From Planctomycetota bacterium (GTDB lineage Bacteria; Planctomycetota; Planctomycetia; Planctomycetales; Planctomycetaceae), in the NCBI GenBank assembly GCA_026692825.1, contig JAPLOC010000497.1, forward strand, positions 1 to 36,675: 36,675 nucleotides of DNA, given 5' to 3'. Under the pieces are notes generated by a model. The model searched no databases and was not told the DNA's origin. It saw only the letters and a list, made by a program, of their open reading frames with translations. Positions 18,385-28,820 of this stretch are shown one piece after another. Positions within the stretch are counted from its first letter, which is position 1. Every line of letters begins with the position of its first letter. The position numbers and the translations under genes were made by a program.

Positions 18385-19574
18385 GTGTCCCCCGCCAACC
18401 TGACGCAGCCGCGTCGCACCAGGACTCCGCCGATTTTTCGACGGGTCGCGCGGCGTCGCGGTGGCTGATTTACGCGCTGGGGGGCGGGATGGGACACCTG
18501 ACCCGGGGACTCGCGCTGGCGCGGCGGGCGGCGCGCGATGGAGCGACGGTCCAGGTCGTGAGCAACAGCCGATTCGCACAACGGCTTCTCAATTCCGGGG
18601 TCTTCTCATTCGATCCTTCCGTCGCGGCACACCTGAGTTCCTCTGGGACTTCCACCGAGAATTCCGGCCCCAATCGCTGGCAACCGCTGATCCACCTGGA
18701 ACCCGGCATCGAACTCATCGCGATCCCGCCCGACTTGGTGAAAGAGGCCGTTTCCCGCACCGTGCGGCGGATCATCGGCGAGTCGGCGCAGTTCGATGTT
18801 CTGGTTGTGGACACGTTTCCTCGCGGGTTGGCGGGGGAATTGACCGAGTTGCTCCCAAGCTGTCCAGCGACCAAAGTTCTTGTGCATCGCGATCTCAGTC
18901 CCGACTATGTGACCTGGGCCGGTCTGGAGACATTCATCGACCACTACGATTTGGTTCTGGTCCCCGGTGAAGACGCGCCGTTGTCAGGAGTGTCGCGGGC
19001 GCAGCGGACGGCACCTTGGTTCCTGTGTGACACGTCCGAACTCCTGGCACCGGCGGCGGCTCGCGAAGCGCTGGGGATATCAACCGGCATTGAGTCTCCC
19101 GGTCAAACACAACTCGAACTGCCGGTAGTCGTTGTGGTCGGAACGGGGAAGCCGGTCGAGTCTCTCAGCGCGGCCGTGGCGGCTGACGAATTGTCTCGAC
19201 GACTCGTCGGACAGGCGACCGTTCGCTTCGCGTCGTTTGACAACGTGGCACTGGATCGCGCCGGATCCCTGGGATGTTCACCGTGGCCGCTGTTGGTGAC
19301 TCTGCGAGGTGTCGATCTGTTGATTGGGGCGGGAGGATACAACACGGTTCACGAGGCACGAGCGACATCGACCCCCCTGGTCGCGACCGCACAGCCCCGT
19401 CTGTATGACCGGCAGGATCGGAGACTGCACCCTGGGGAAATGGCGCAAAGTTGGAACCATGCGCTCGATCTGGCGGTTCTCCATATCGAAGGAATGGTTT
19501 CCAGACCCCGCGCCGAGATCGGACAACTTTCCCTCGGAATCGACGCGGCCTGCCGGGCGATTTTGAATCTGTAG
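18381..19574 (+). CDS. GT-B fold glycosyltransferase (MurG/GT28-like)
   Basis: 397-aa ORF. The TTG start overlaps the upstream stop (TTGA). The N-terminal Gly-rich loop is IYALGGGMGHLTRGLALARRA. The C-terminal motif VDLLIGAGGYNTVHEA resembles the MurG/GT28 C-terminal domain. Confidence 0.5.
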   Translation: MSVPRQPDAAASHQDSADFSTGRAASRWLIYALGGGMGHLTRGLALARRAARDGATVQVVSNSRFAQRLLNSGVFSFDPSVAAHLSSSGTSTENSGPNRWQPLIHLEPGIELIAIPPDLVKEAVSRTVRRIIGESAQFDVLVVDTFPRGLAGELTELLPSCPATKVLVHRDLSPDYVTWAGLETFIDHYDLVLVPGEDAPLSGVSRAQRTAPWFLCDTSELLAPAAAREALGISTGIESPGQTQLELPVVVVVGTGKPVESLSAAVAADELSRRLVGQATVRFASFDNVALDRAGSLGCSPWPLLVTLRGVDLLIGAGGYNTVHEARATSTPLVATAQPRLYDRQDRRLHPGEMAQSWNHALDLAVLHIEGMVSRPRAEIGQLSLGIDAACRAILNL

Positions 19575-19655
19575 ATCGTGAAAACCGAGCTAACCCCGCC
19601 AACGAGTACCGGGCATCGCCCGATCAATCCGACCAATGAATTCCGAGAACTCTCC

Positions 19656-20540
19656 CTACGACACAAGACCGCGAAAGCATCGCAGATAATCCCGATAGAG
19701 GAGTGATTCATTCGGTCCGATATTTCCACCCACACGAAGGCACTCACGCGTATGGAGCGCCTCGTCAATGTGTAGCAATTCGACCCTCTCGATGGTCAGC
19801 GTGTCTAAGAGGTTGGCGGCGGGCTCGTTGAGAAACGCTCGGACTTCCTCCGCCCATGTGTGTTCGAGTTCGGTGCCTATCGAGGCCGGAACTCGGCTCA
19901 ATGCCACCGTCAATGCCAGCGGCGGGAGACTGAAACTAGCGCGTGTCTTGACCAGACTCCGAAGGACTGCGCGACTTCCATCGAGATTTTCTCGGGAACG
20001 TAGCACCAGCGCGATGACGGCGTCAGCGAGAATTGTCGCAGCGACTCCCCCCATTTCAGTGACCCCGGTCCGCGAGTCAATAATCAAGAAGTCGGGACGG
20101 AGTTCGTTTTCAATCGTCTGCTTCAACTCCATAAACGCGGCAACGCCGGGCGACTCGTCTGTGTAGAACAGACTGTGCCAATCCAGGGATCCGAGCTTGG
20201 GCCAGTAATCGGCAGAATCGACACATCCCGCGGGAATCAGCGTGATCGATCCGGACTGCTGCTCCACCTGGGGCACCTCACAGCAGAACGACCGCAACCC
20301 ATCCGCCGGATATTTGCCCTCTTCAAGGATTTCGTGGAGCCAATCCACAACCCCAGTTCTGACTGATATCGGCGATCCACTGGGATCTTGAGAGAATTTG
20401 TAGTGAAGACCGGGGGCTTCGAGGTCCAAATCGAGTGCGACGACATGGAACCCGAAACGGGCCAAATACCGCGAAGCATTGGCCACGGCCAAGCTGCGAC
20501 CGGTCCCCCCCTTGTAGGAAAAAAACGTGACCGTCTTCAT
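19656..20540 (-). CDS. ParA/MinD-like P-loop ATPase with variant Walker A (KGGTGR) - gene C of the low-GC cassette
   Basis: ORF 19656..20642. ATG 20540 (MKTVTFFSYKGGTGRS) overlaps the stop of gene B (ATGA at 20537-20540). Deviant Walker A has Arg in place of the final Lys. A' box VVALDLDLEAPGL; Walker B DFLIIDSRTG. Confidence 0.8.
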   Translation of the reverse strand: MKTVTFFSYKGGTGRSLAVANASRYLARFGFHVVALDLDLEAPGLHYKFSQDPSGSPISVRTGVVDWLHEILEEGKYPADGLRSFCCEVPQVEQQSGSITLIPAGCVDSADYWPKLGSLDWHSLFYTDESPGVAAFMELKQTIENELRPDFLIIDSRTGVTEMGGVAATILADAVIALVLRSRENLDGSRAVLRSLVKTRASFSLPPLALTVALSRVPASIGTELEHTWAEEVRAFLNEPAANLLDTLTIERVELLHIDEALHTRECLRVGGNIGPNESLLYRDYLRCFRGLVS

Positions 20541-21124
20541 GAGCTTGGCACCAGTATCGAGCGCTGCCGTCGAATCGCCAAGGAAATCGAATTCGCGAGC
20601 TTCAGGTCGACATGAGAGAATCGAATGTCCGTCGGCGTCCAACTTTTCTGAGATGAGTTCATTGCCGAGCGAATCTGGCGAAGCAATGTCCCTGCGCGCG
20701 ACTTGAGATTCGCTTCCTCTCGCGTCTCCAAAATGTCCAGCAAGAGTTTTTCCGCTTGGTCCCAGTTCCGGCGTGGGAGCAGTTCCCGTTCGATTCGATC
20801 GAGGAATCCAGTGACGACATTGGCTGGCGCACGTCCAACCAAATTTTTCAGTGGAATTTCCGCAGGTAACGGAATCCCGATAGATTGCCGCATCTGACCC
20901 ACTGATCGTTCAACTTCGGCGATCAACGCACTGTAAGTTGTGAATTCCCGGTCTTCCACGTGGAATCCGTGCTTGGATACCGCCTCCTTGACGTCATTTT
21001 CCGTAAGAAATGTACGGGCGGCCGCCTTATAGGGCGGACGCAATAACGCCACCGTGCCAACGGACAAGTCGCGTACTATGCACTCACCTTCAACGTACTT
21101 CGACGCGATCAGTCGCAAGCTCAC
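20537..21124 (-). CDS. Hypothetical protein, gene B of the low-GC cassette
   Basis: 195-aa ORF. GTG start 21124 overlaps the stop of gene A (GTGA at 21121-21124). No family recognised. It is the only long ORF in this interval consistent with the coupled gene order. Confidence 0.6.
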   Translation of the reverse strand: MSLRLIASKYVEGECIVRDLSVGTVALLRPPYKAAARTFLTENDVKEAVSKHGFHVEDREFTTYSALIAEVERSVGQMRQSIGIPLPAEIPLKNLVGRAPANVVTGFLDRIERELLPRRNWDQAEKLLLDILETREEANLKSRAGTLLRQIRSAMNSSQKSWTPTDIRFSHVDLKLANSISLAIRRQRSILVPSS

Positions 21125-22074
21125 GTGAGTACCTCCAACTGAATTCTTCCGGCCCCAACAGCATCCAAGACTTTGGCAAAGTTGTCCAGTTGTGACACTG
21201 TTGAATTCGGAACCTCGTTTGAATACGCCGAAAATACCATCTCCCAGGCATGGGTGTATTCCGTCTCGGAAATCCGAACGGACTCCAGACTGTCACACCC
21301 AACATCCTGCGAAAAAACAACTTCAAAGTATCCTGTCGGACCGGCGGCAGGATCGAGAATGGCAATGGGCCACTGATCTTGCGACATGCTTCGCAGCCGA
21401 GGCCACCGTTCGAGCGACGCAAAGCATCCGCGACAGCTCATCGAAACGATGAACTGATATCGCTCCTCCGCCAGAAATCGGCCAGCCGAGTCAAAGAAAA
21501 CCTGCAGACTATCTCCTGCCAGCAGACAGGAATTGTTGTCATGCAGAAGGTGCGGCTGAAGAATCAGGCAAAGTCGACCAAATTTCGATTGACCGAGGCC
21601 GCCGCAGTTCATCCCCCCGTAGCGAAATCGCTCCCCATCTAGGAAATGACGATCGAACGCGATGCGACGACCGTAGTACTGCTGCAACGCGGCTCGTAGA
21701 GCCGTCTCACGATCGATTCCCTCTCGAATTGCGCGCTCTTGGGCAACCTCATGGCAATTCTTTAGTTGTTGTCCTTCCGCAATGAGTCGAACGACAAACC
21801 AGCCGGCATTGATGGAAACACGTGCGTTCTCTTCGATCCAACTCGCGATTTCCTTCGATTTCCCATGGGTCGCCGTCAATTCATCAAATCGCTCACGAAC
21901 GACTCTCGCATTCGTAAAGGCGAGCGAAAAAATGTTGTTCATCGGGGAATTGCGCGACATGTTGGCCAGTGAGACTTCAAAACCCGTCGTTGAGTTTACC
22001 CGCACCTGGAACGGTTGTCGAATAGAATTCAGTTGTTGACCAACGCGGAATAGGTCGCGTTTCAAAGACCCCAT
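21121..22074 (-). CDS. Hypothetical protein, gene A of the low-GC cassette
   Basis: 317-aa ORF from ATG 22074, divergent from acnA across a 212-bp gap. No family recognised with confidence. See findings for a weak ART-like R / S-x-S / E spacing. Confidence 0.65.
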   Translation of the reverse strand: MGSLKRDLFRVGQQLNSIRQPFQVRVNSTTGFEVSLANMSRNSPMNNIFSLAFTNARVVRERFDELTATHGKSKEIASWIEENARVSINAGWFVVRLIAEGQQLKNCHEVAQERAIREGIDRETALRAALQQYYGRRIAFDRHFLDGERFRYGGMNCGGLGQSKFGRLCLILQPHLLHDNNSCLLAGDSLQVFFDSAGRFLAEERYQFIVSMSCRGCFASLERWPRLRSMSQDQWPIAILDPAAGPTGYFEVVFSQDVGCDSLESVRISETEYTHAWEMVFSAYSNEVPNSTVSQLDNFAKVLDAVGAGRIQLEVLT

Positions 22075-22286
22075 AGTGATTGTGCGTCCATAATCGGCCG
22101 CCTAGTGTTCCGAGTGAGGTGAATGAATCGGCCACCGCACGATCGCGCTGCCGGCCCCCCCAAAGCCGACCAGTCGTCGAAACGCCTCGGGCGCTTCTCT
22201 TGCGATTCCCGGCGTGATAGCATTCCAGGCCGCACTCACAAACATTTCCGCACCTCCTTCCAGCGCGTCTTCGGAGCCACGAGACC

Positions 22287-24959
<2,673 letters not shown>

Positions 24960-25013
24960 TTCGCTGCGGGAAGCGGGACGAGTTTACGGAATTGGCGGTG
25001 TCGCCAAGAGGTT

Positions 25014-25041
25014 GAACACGCTCGACGCTGCGAGCGTGTTC
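25014..25041 (+). terminator. Perfect 11-bp stem / 6-nt loop hairpin 55 nt downstream of acnA (possible intrinsic terminator, no U-tract)
   Basis: GAACACGCTCG-ACGCTG-CGAGCGTGTTC read directly from the sequence. It is followed by ATTCGGG rather than a T-run, so terminator function is uncertain. Confidence 0.4.
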
Positions 25042-25170
25042 ATTCGGGCCGGGTCAAAAAAGGAACTGGTGCCACGGCCAGCGAACGCAGCGAGTGTGCC
25101 GAGAGGCCGAACTTCGGAATGTGGTTTTGCAGCGGTGAGAGTGCGTACGACGGACGGAAAGAATTTGACA

Positions 25171-25316
25171 GGATGAAGAGGATGAAAGGGATGAACAGGA
25201 TGGAGTTGCTCGCCATTCCTGCTCTCGGGAAAAGTGGCTGAGATCGCAAAACTCCCAATCCCCAAGATCGACATTCGCCTCGAGAATCCTGTCCATCCTC
25301 TTCATCCCTTTCATCC
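25171..25316. repeat. Inverted pair of 9-nt periodic arrays (GGATGAAnn x4, then nnTTCATCC x3) flanking an ~83-bp spacer
   Basis: Left arm units: 25171-25179 GGATGAAGA, 25180-25188 GGATGAAAG, 25189-25197 GGATGAACA, 25198-25206 GGATGGAGT. Right arm units: 25290-25298 TGTCCATCC, 25299-25307 TCTTCATCC, 25308-25316 CTTTCATCC. The arms are about 80% complementary when aligned in register. Confidence 0.7.
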
Positions 25317-25594
25317 TGTTTAGAATTCAACGGACCGCGAGCGAAGTGAGTCGGCAGTGCGAGTATCAACGGGCATGTTGTTGCAGTTCGGGCGATCATA
25401 GCCCCGGAGCGGGCTGTTGAGAAAAAAAGTCCCCCCATCCTCGATTAAGACCCCATCCGACTCAATTGCAATGTCGCATTTTCGGCCGCGTGGAGTCGTG
25501 GTTTGTCATCGCCACGACCGTATGGAGTACCGATACGGAAACGTCCCGCTCAAAAATGGACGGCTACCACCAGTGAAACTCCTTTCAATCCGCT

Positions 25595-27055
25595 TCACGA
25601 CTCCTCTTCATCCTCCGCCTCTTGCCGCATCTCGGAAAGTGCGTGAAATACGTCATCACGCAAAGCGGCAAGAGCGTCGCAGATTTCCTGAATTTCGGTA
25701 TTGAGAGAGTCGGGGTGGTTTTCAAATTGGCCGATCGCCCCCAGGGCGAATGTCGCTCCCCGGAGTGCCCGTTTGAGCTGGACGATCGCCATCGCCCGTG
25801 CCTCGGCCGTGGGAAAACGAGACTCATCAAAGTCGTTCGAAAGATACGACGGTTCGTCGTCTTTCTCTTCAAACTGACGTTGTATCGCGGTGCTGAATAA
25901 CGCTTGCGCCAGGCCGCCGTTCAGATCTCCCAGCCCCTGCATCAATGAGTCCCGCGCGTTGACGGGGCGCTCGCCGGAGTCTGATTTTTGCAGGTTTTGG
26001 ACCATGCGAATCGCCCGCATGTAAAGCGCTGTCGACCGTTGCAGCAGTGGATTTCGGGAGGCGTCCTGCTTCCCCGCGTCAACGTCATACGAATACTCGG
26101 GGTCGGCAGAAAACGGCGATTCCAGTGATGATCCCAAATCGTGATCGCCTTCCGTGGAAAACTCCTCGAATTCGTCGGCATCCTCGTCATTCTGATCCGC
26201 GTCGAAGTCATCGCGCGCGGCGCTCAACCGTTCTTCCAGTTCTTCCCGGCTGATGAATCGAATCTGGTCGGGGGTCGGCAGTCCGGCGTCGCGCAGCGCC
26301 CCACGGACCGCTTCGTCGATACCATCTCCCTGCGCAAGACGCTCTTGAATCGTACGTTGTAATCGCTCCTGGGTTCGCCTGCGGAAACGCTCAATTTCAT
26401 CCCACCGCGATTCGGCTGTCCGGGTGTCCGCATCGTCGGTGGCAAAGCTCGGCATCCCGTCCGAACCATGATCCGACGGGTTTGCGAGCGTTTTATGGAC
26501 CAGCGACGCGACGCGCGCGATTCGAGCGGCGACAATCTCGGGATCTTCCGCCGCCTCGGCGCTCAGCCCGTACCCTGTCAGTCCCGCACTCAGGCGTTGA
26601 ATTGTGTCGTTCACCAGACCCATTCGATTTGCCAGGAGCCCGGCGTCGCGTTTCTCCCAATATTCCCCTTCATCGTGGAGTTCGAGGTTGTGGAGGAAAT
26701 TCTCCTTGAGAGTCCGGAACATTTCGATCAGTGCGACGTGCCCTTCGACCGAGCCAAACTGAGTCTTCACGCAGCACCACGACGGTTCCGCCAGCACGCC
26801 CCGTTCTGCCTCTTCGATCTCGATGAGATTGGTCAACCAGCCTTCGGGGGAAATCAGCAGACTGGCCGACTCTTGTCCGGGTGCCAGATTGACGATCAGA
26901 CCCCGCATGATGCGACGGGGATTTGTCGAATCGGAACTGCGCCAGATGCGTGCCGTTCCCCCCAGGGAAATCGCGAGATCCAGCACCCGGTTTTCGAAAT
27001 CCTCAATTTGCGTGAGGTCCGTGATTCCGCCGCGGTAGTGGATCGTGACCCCCAT
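25595..27055 (-). CDS. Hypothetical acidic protein (486 aa)
   Basis: ORF 25595..27193. ATG 27055 (MGVTIHYRGGITDL) is preferred because the longer form overlaps the hemY 3' end. Long D/E-rich central region. No family recognised. Confidence 0.6.
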   Translation of the reverse strand: MGVTIHYRGGITDLTQIEDFENRVLDLAISLGGTARIWRSSDSTNPRRIMRGLIVNLAPGQESASLLISPEGWLTNLIEIEEAERGVLAEPSWCCVKTQFGSVEGHVALIEMFRTLKENFLHNLELHDEGEYWEKRDAGLLANRMGLVNDTIQRLSAGLTGYGLSAEAAEDPEIVAARIARVASLVHKTLANPSDHGSDGMPSFATDDADTRTAESRWDEIERFRRRTQERLQRTIQERLAQGDGIDEAVRGALRDAGLPTPDQIRFISREELEERLSAARDDFDADQNDEDADEFEEFSTEGDHDLGSSLESPFSADPEYSYDVDAGKQDASRNPLLQRSTALYMRAIRMVQNLQKSDSGERPVNARDSLMQGLGDLNGGLAQALFSTAIQRQFEEKDDEPSYLSNDFDESRFPTAEARAMAIVQLKRALRGATFALGAIGQFENHPDSLNTEIQEICDALAALRDDVFHALSEMRQEAEDEEES

Positions 27056-27155
27056 CAGATGCTTCCCGGTACGATTCCGCAGGATTTCGCCAATCGGTCG
27101 GCGAAGGTGAATGGTTCGGACATAACGAAATCCTTGCGTTCCCAGGCCCGGCACG

Positions 27156-28604
27156 TCAACCCTGAAAGATTCGTTCCGCCGCCCGTTCTCCACTGGCGAT
27201 GGTATCGGGAAGACCCACGCCGTACAGCGCGTTCCCCGCCAATCCCAAATGCGGTTGCGATTTCAGGTCGGTTTCAATTCGTGCAATCTTGTCGAGATGC
27301 CCCACATGGTACTGTGGCATCGACCGCATCCAGCGAGCGACGATTGCGAAATCGGGCTTCCAAACAACCCCCAGTAACTCGTGCAATTCACGCCGCACCA
27401 GTTCCAGAATCTGGTCGTCGCTCTGGTCGACCAATTCGGGTTGCATCGCGCCACCCACAAACGTTCGCAACTCGACGCATCCCTCGGGCGCGCGCCCCGG
27501 GAATTTGCGACTGGTAAATGAAACCGCCAGGATCTTCCGCTTCTCGATCGCCGGCACCACCAGGCCAAACGCATCGAGAGGATTCGCCACATCGCTCAGG
27601 CGATGCCCGCTGACGACGATCGCTGTTGAGGCGTATTCGATCTCATCGAGCGCTCCAGCGGCACCGGGACAGACTGTACGCAGTACCGACGCCGCCCGAT
27701 ACGCCGGGGTCGCGACCACGACCGCGTCATACGGTGCGCGGGTCCCATCGGCGAATTCGAGTTGGTAAGTCGCGCCGTCGGTGGCGGGCGTGACCTGACT
27801 GACAACGCAATTGAGCCGGATAGTCGCGCTGGTTTGCACGCGCGCGATCAGCGCATCGACCATCTGCGAAATCCCCAGTCGGGGGGTGGCGAACAGGCCA
27901 TACCGCGCTCCACTGGCGGTTCGGTCTTGCGTGGTACTGCTGCGGGCCTCATGTCGCAGCGCCCGGATCAGGCTGCCATGCTTCGCTTCCATCTCGAGGA
28001 ACCTCGGCATCGTTCCACGCAGACTGAGTTTTTCGGGATCCGAGGTGTAAATCCCGCCGACCAGCGGTTGAACCAGCCGCTCCAGCGCCTCCTGGCCAAA
28101 TCGGCGTCGGACGAAACTCGCCAGGCTTTCATCTTCCACCGGCTGCTGCGCGGCGGGTACGAAATATTCGGCCGCCAGCCGCAACTTCCCCGCGAGTGAA
28201 AAGATCGGCGACCTCCAAACGGGCCACATCGCGTTCGGGGCGAGCAGTTGAAAGCCCTCGGGAACCGGCATCGGCTTGCCGCGCGACAGGACCAGTGATC
28301 GTCGGTAGCGGGCATCGGTGGGGATGAGTTCGCCGTCCAGCCCGAGACGCCGGCAGAGGTTGATCGCCCCCGGTTTGTTCGTGATGAACGAGTCGGCGCC
28401 CAATTCGACCCGATAGCCGGCGATTTCGCGGGTTCCCACGATCCCACCGAGCGCATCGGACGCCTCGCAGACGGTCAAATCGATTGGACGATTCGCCGCA
28501 CCCGCCAATTCCTGAAGCCGGAACGCCGCCGCCAGTCCCGAGACACCACCTCCTATAACCACAACCCGCCACGGACGATCGGAATTTGAATGAGAAGACG
28601 ACAT
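27156..28604 (-). CDS. hemY: Protoporphyrinogen/coproporphyrinogen III oxidase, FAD-dependent (HemY/CgoX family; called hemG by some pipelines)
   Basis: ORF 27156..28721; ATG 28604 gives MSSSHSNSDRPWRVVVIGGGVSGLAAAFRL (the GxGxxG FAD fold). Other family blocks: ADSFITNKPG, SLRGTMPRFLEMEAKHGSLIRAL, MPQYHVGH and LAGNALYGVGLPDTIASG. Confidence 0.85.
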   Translation of the reverse strand: MSSSHSNSDRPWRVVVIGGGVSGLAAAFRLQELAGAANRPIDLTVCEASDALGGIVGTREIAGYRVELGADSFITNKPGAINLCRRLGLDGELIPTDARYRRSLVLSRGKPMPVPEGFQLLAPNAMWPVWRSPIFSLAGKLRLAAEYFVPAAQQPVEDESLASFVRRRFGQEALERLVQPLVGGIYTSDPEKLSLRGTMPRFLEMEAKHGSLIRALRHEARSSTTQDRTASGARYGLFATPRLGISQMVDALIARVQTSATIRLNCVVSQVTPATDGATYQLEFADGTRAPYDAVVVATPAYRAASVLRTVCPGAAGALDEIEYASTAIVVSGHRLSDVANPLDAFGLVVPAIEKRKILAVSFTSRKFPGRAPEGCVELRTFVGGAMQPELVDQSDDQILELVRRELHELLGVVWKPDFAIVARWMRSMPQYHVGHLDKIARIETDLKSQPHLGLAGNALYGVGLPDTIASGERAAERIFQG

Positions 28605-28820
28605 GCGATGGGGACACAGATCGGATTGGGGCAGGGACTCGCGACCTGAAAGGGTCGACGAGGTGGATGCTGTCGCGGCGGGTGATGGTTCGATTCTCCC
28701 GGAATCGACGACAACCGGCAACTGTGGCCTCTTTCACATCGACTGGCTTGCATTCCGGCAGACAACTTCCGGAAAATGAGAGCGCGACGTTCCTCCTCTT
28801 GCGACTCGAGGCGAAATTCC

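Noticed and set aside
19600-22130. Possible att-like direct repeats flanking the low-GC cassette (AATGAAT and TTCCGAG occur at both 19636-19650 and 22101-22124)
   Set aside because: The matches are only 7 nt each and occur in different orders on the two sides, which is well within chance expectation. No integrase or tRNA is nearby.
25171-25316. CRISPR array
   Set aside because: The units are only 9 nt, directly abutting with no spacers. Just 3-4 copies occur per arm, the arms are in inverted orientation, and there are no cas genes in the window.
24984-25440. Small ORFs inside the repeat-rich intergenic region (for example 25054..25314, MKGMKRMDRILE...)
   Set aside because: Their reading frames are created by the 9-nt periodic repeats, and they overlap one another on the same strand. 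No coding-like composition outside the repeats.
26468-27517. 349-aa plus-strand ORF overlapping the acidic hypothetical gene and the hemY 3' end
   Set aside because: It crosses a gene boundary on the opposite strand, and its R/P-rich composition is typical of spurious high-GC ORFs.
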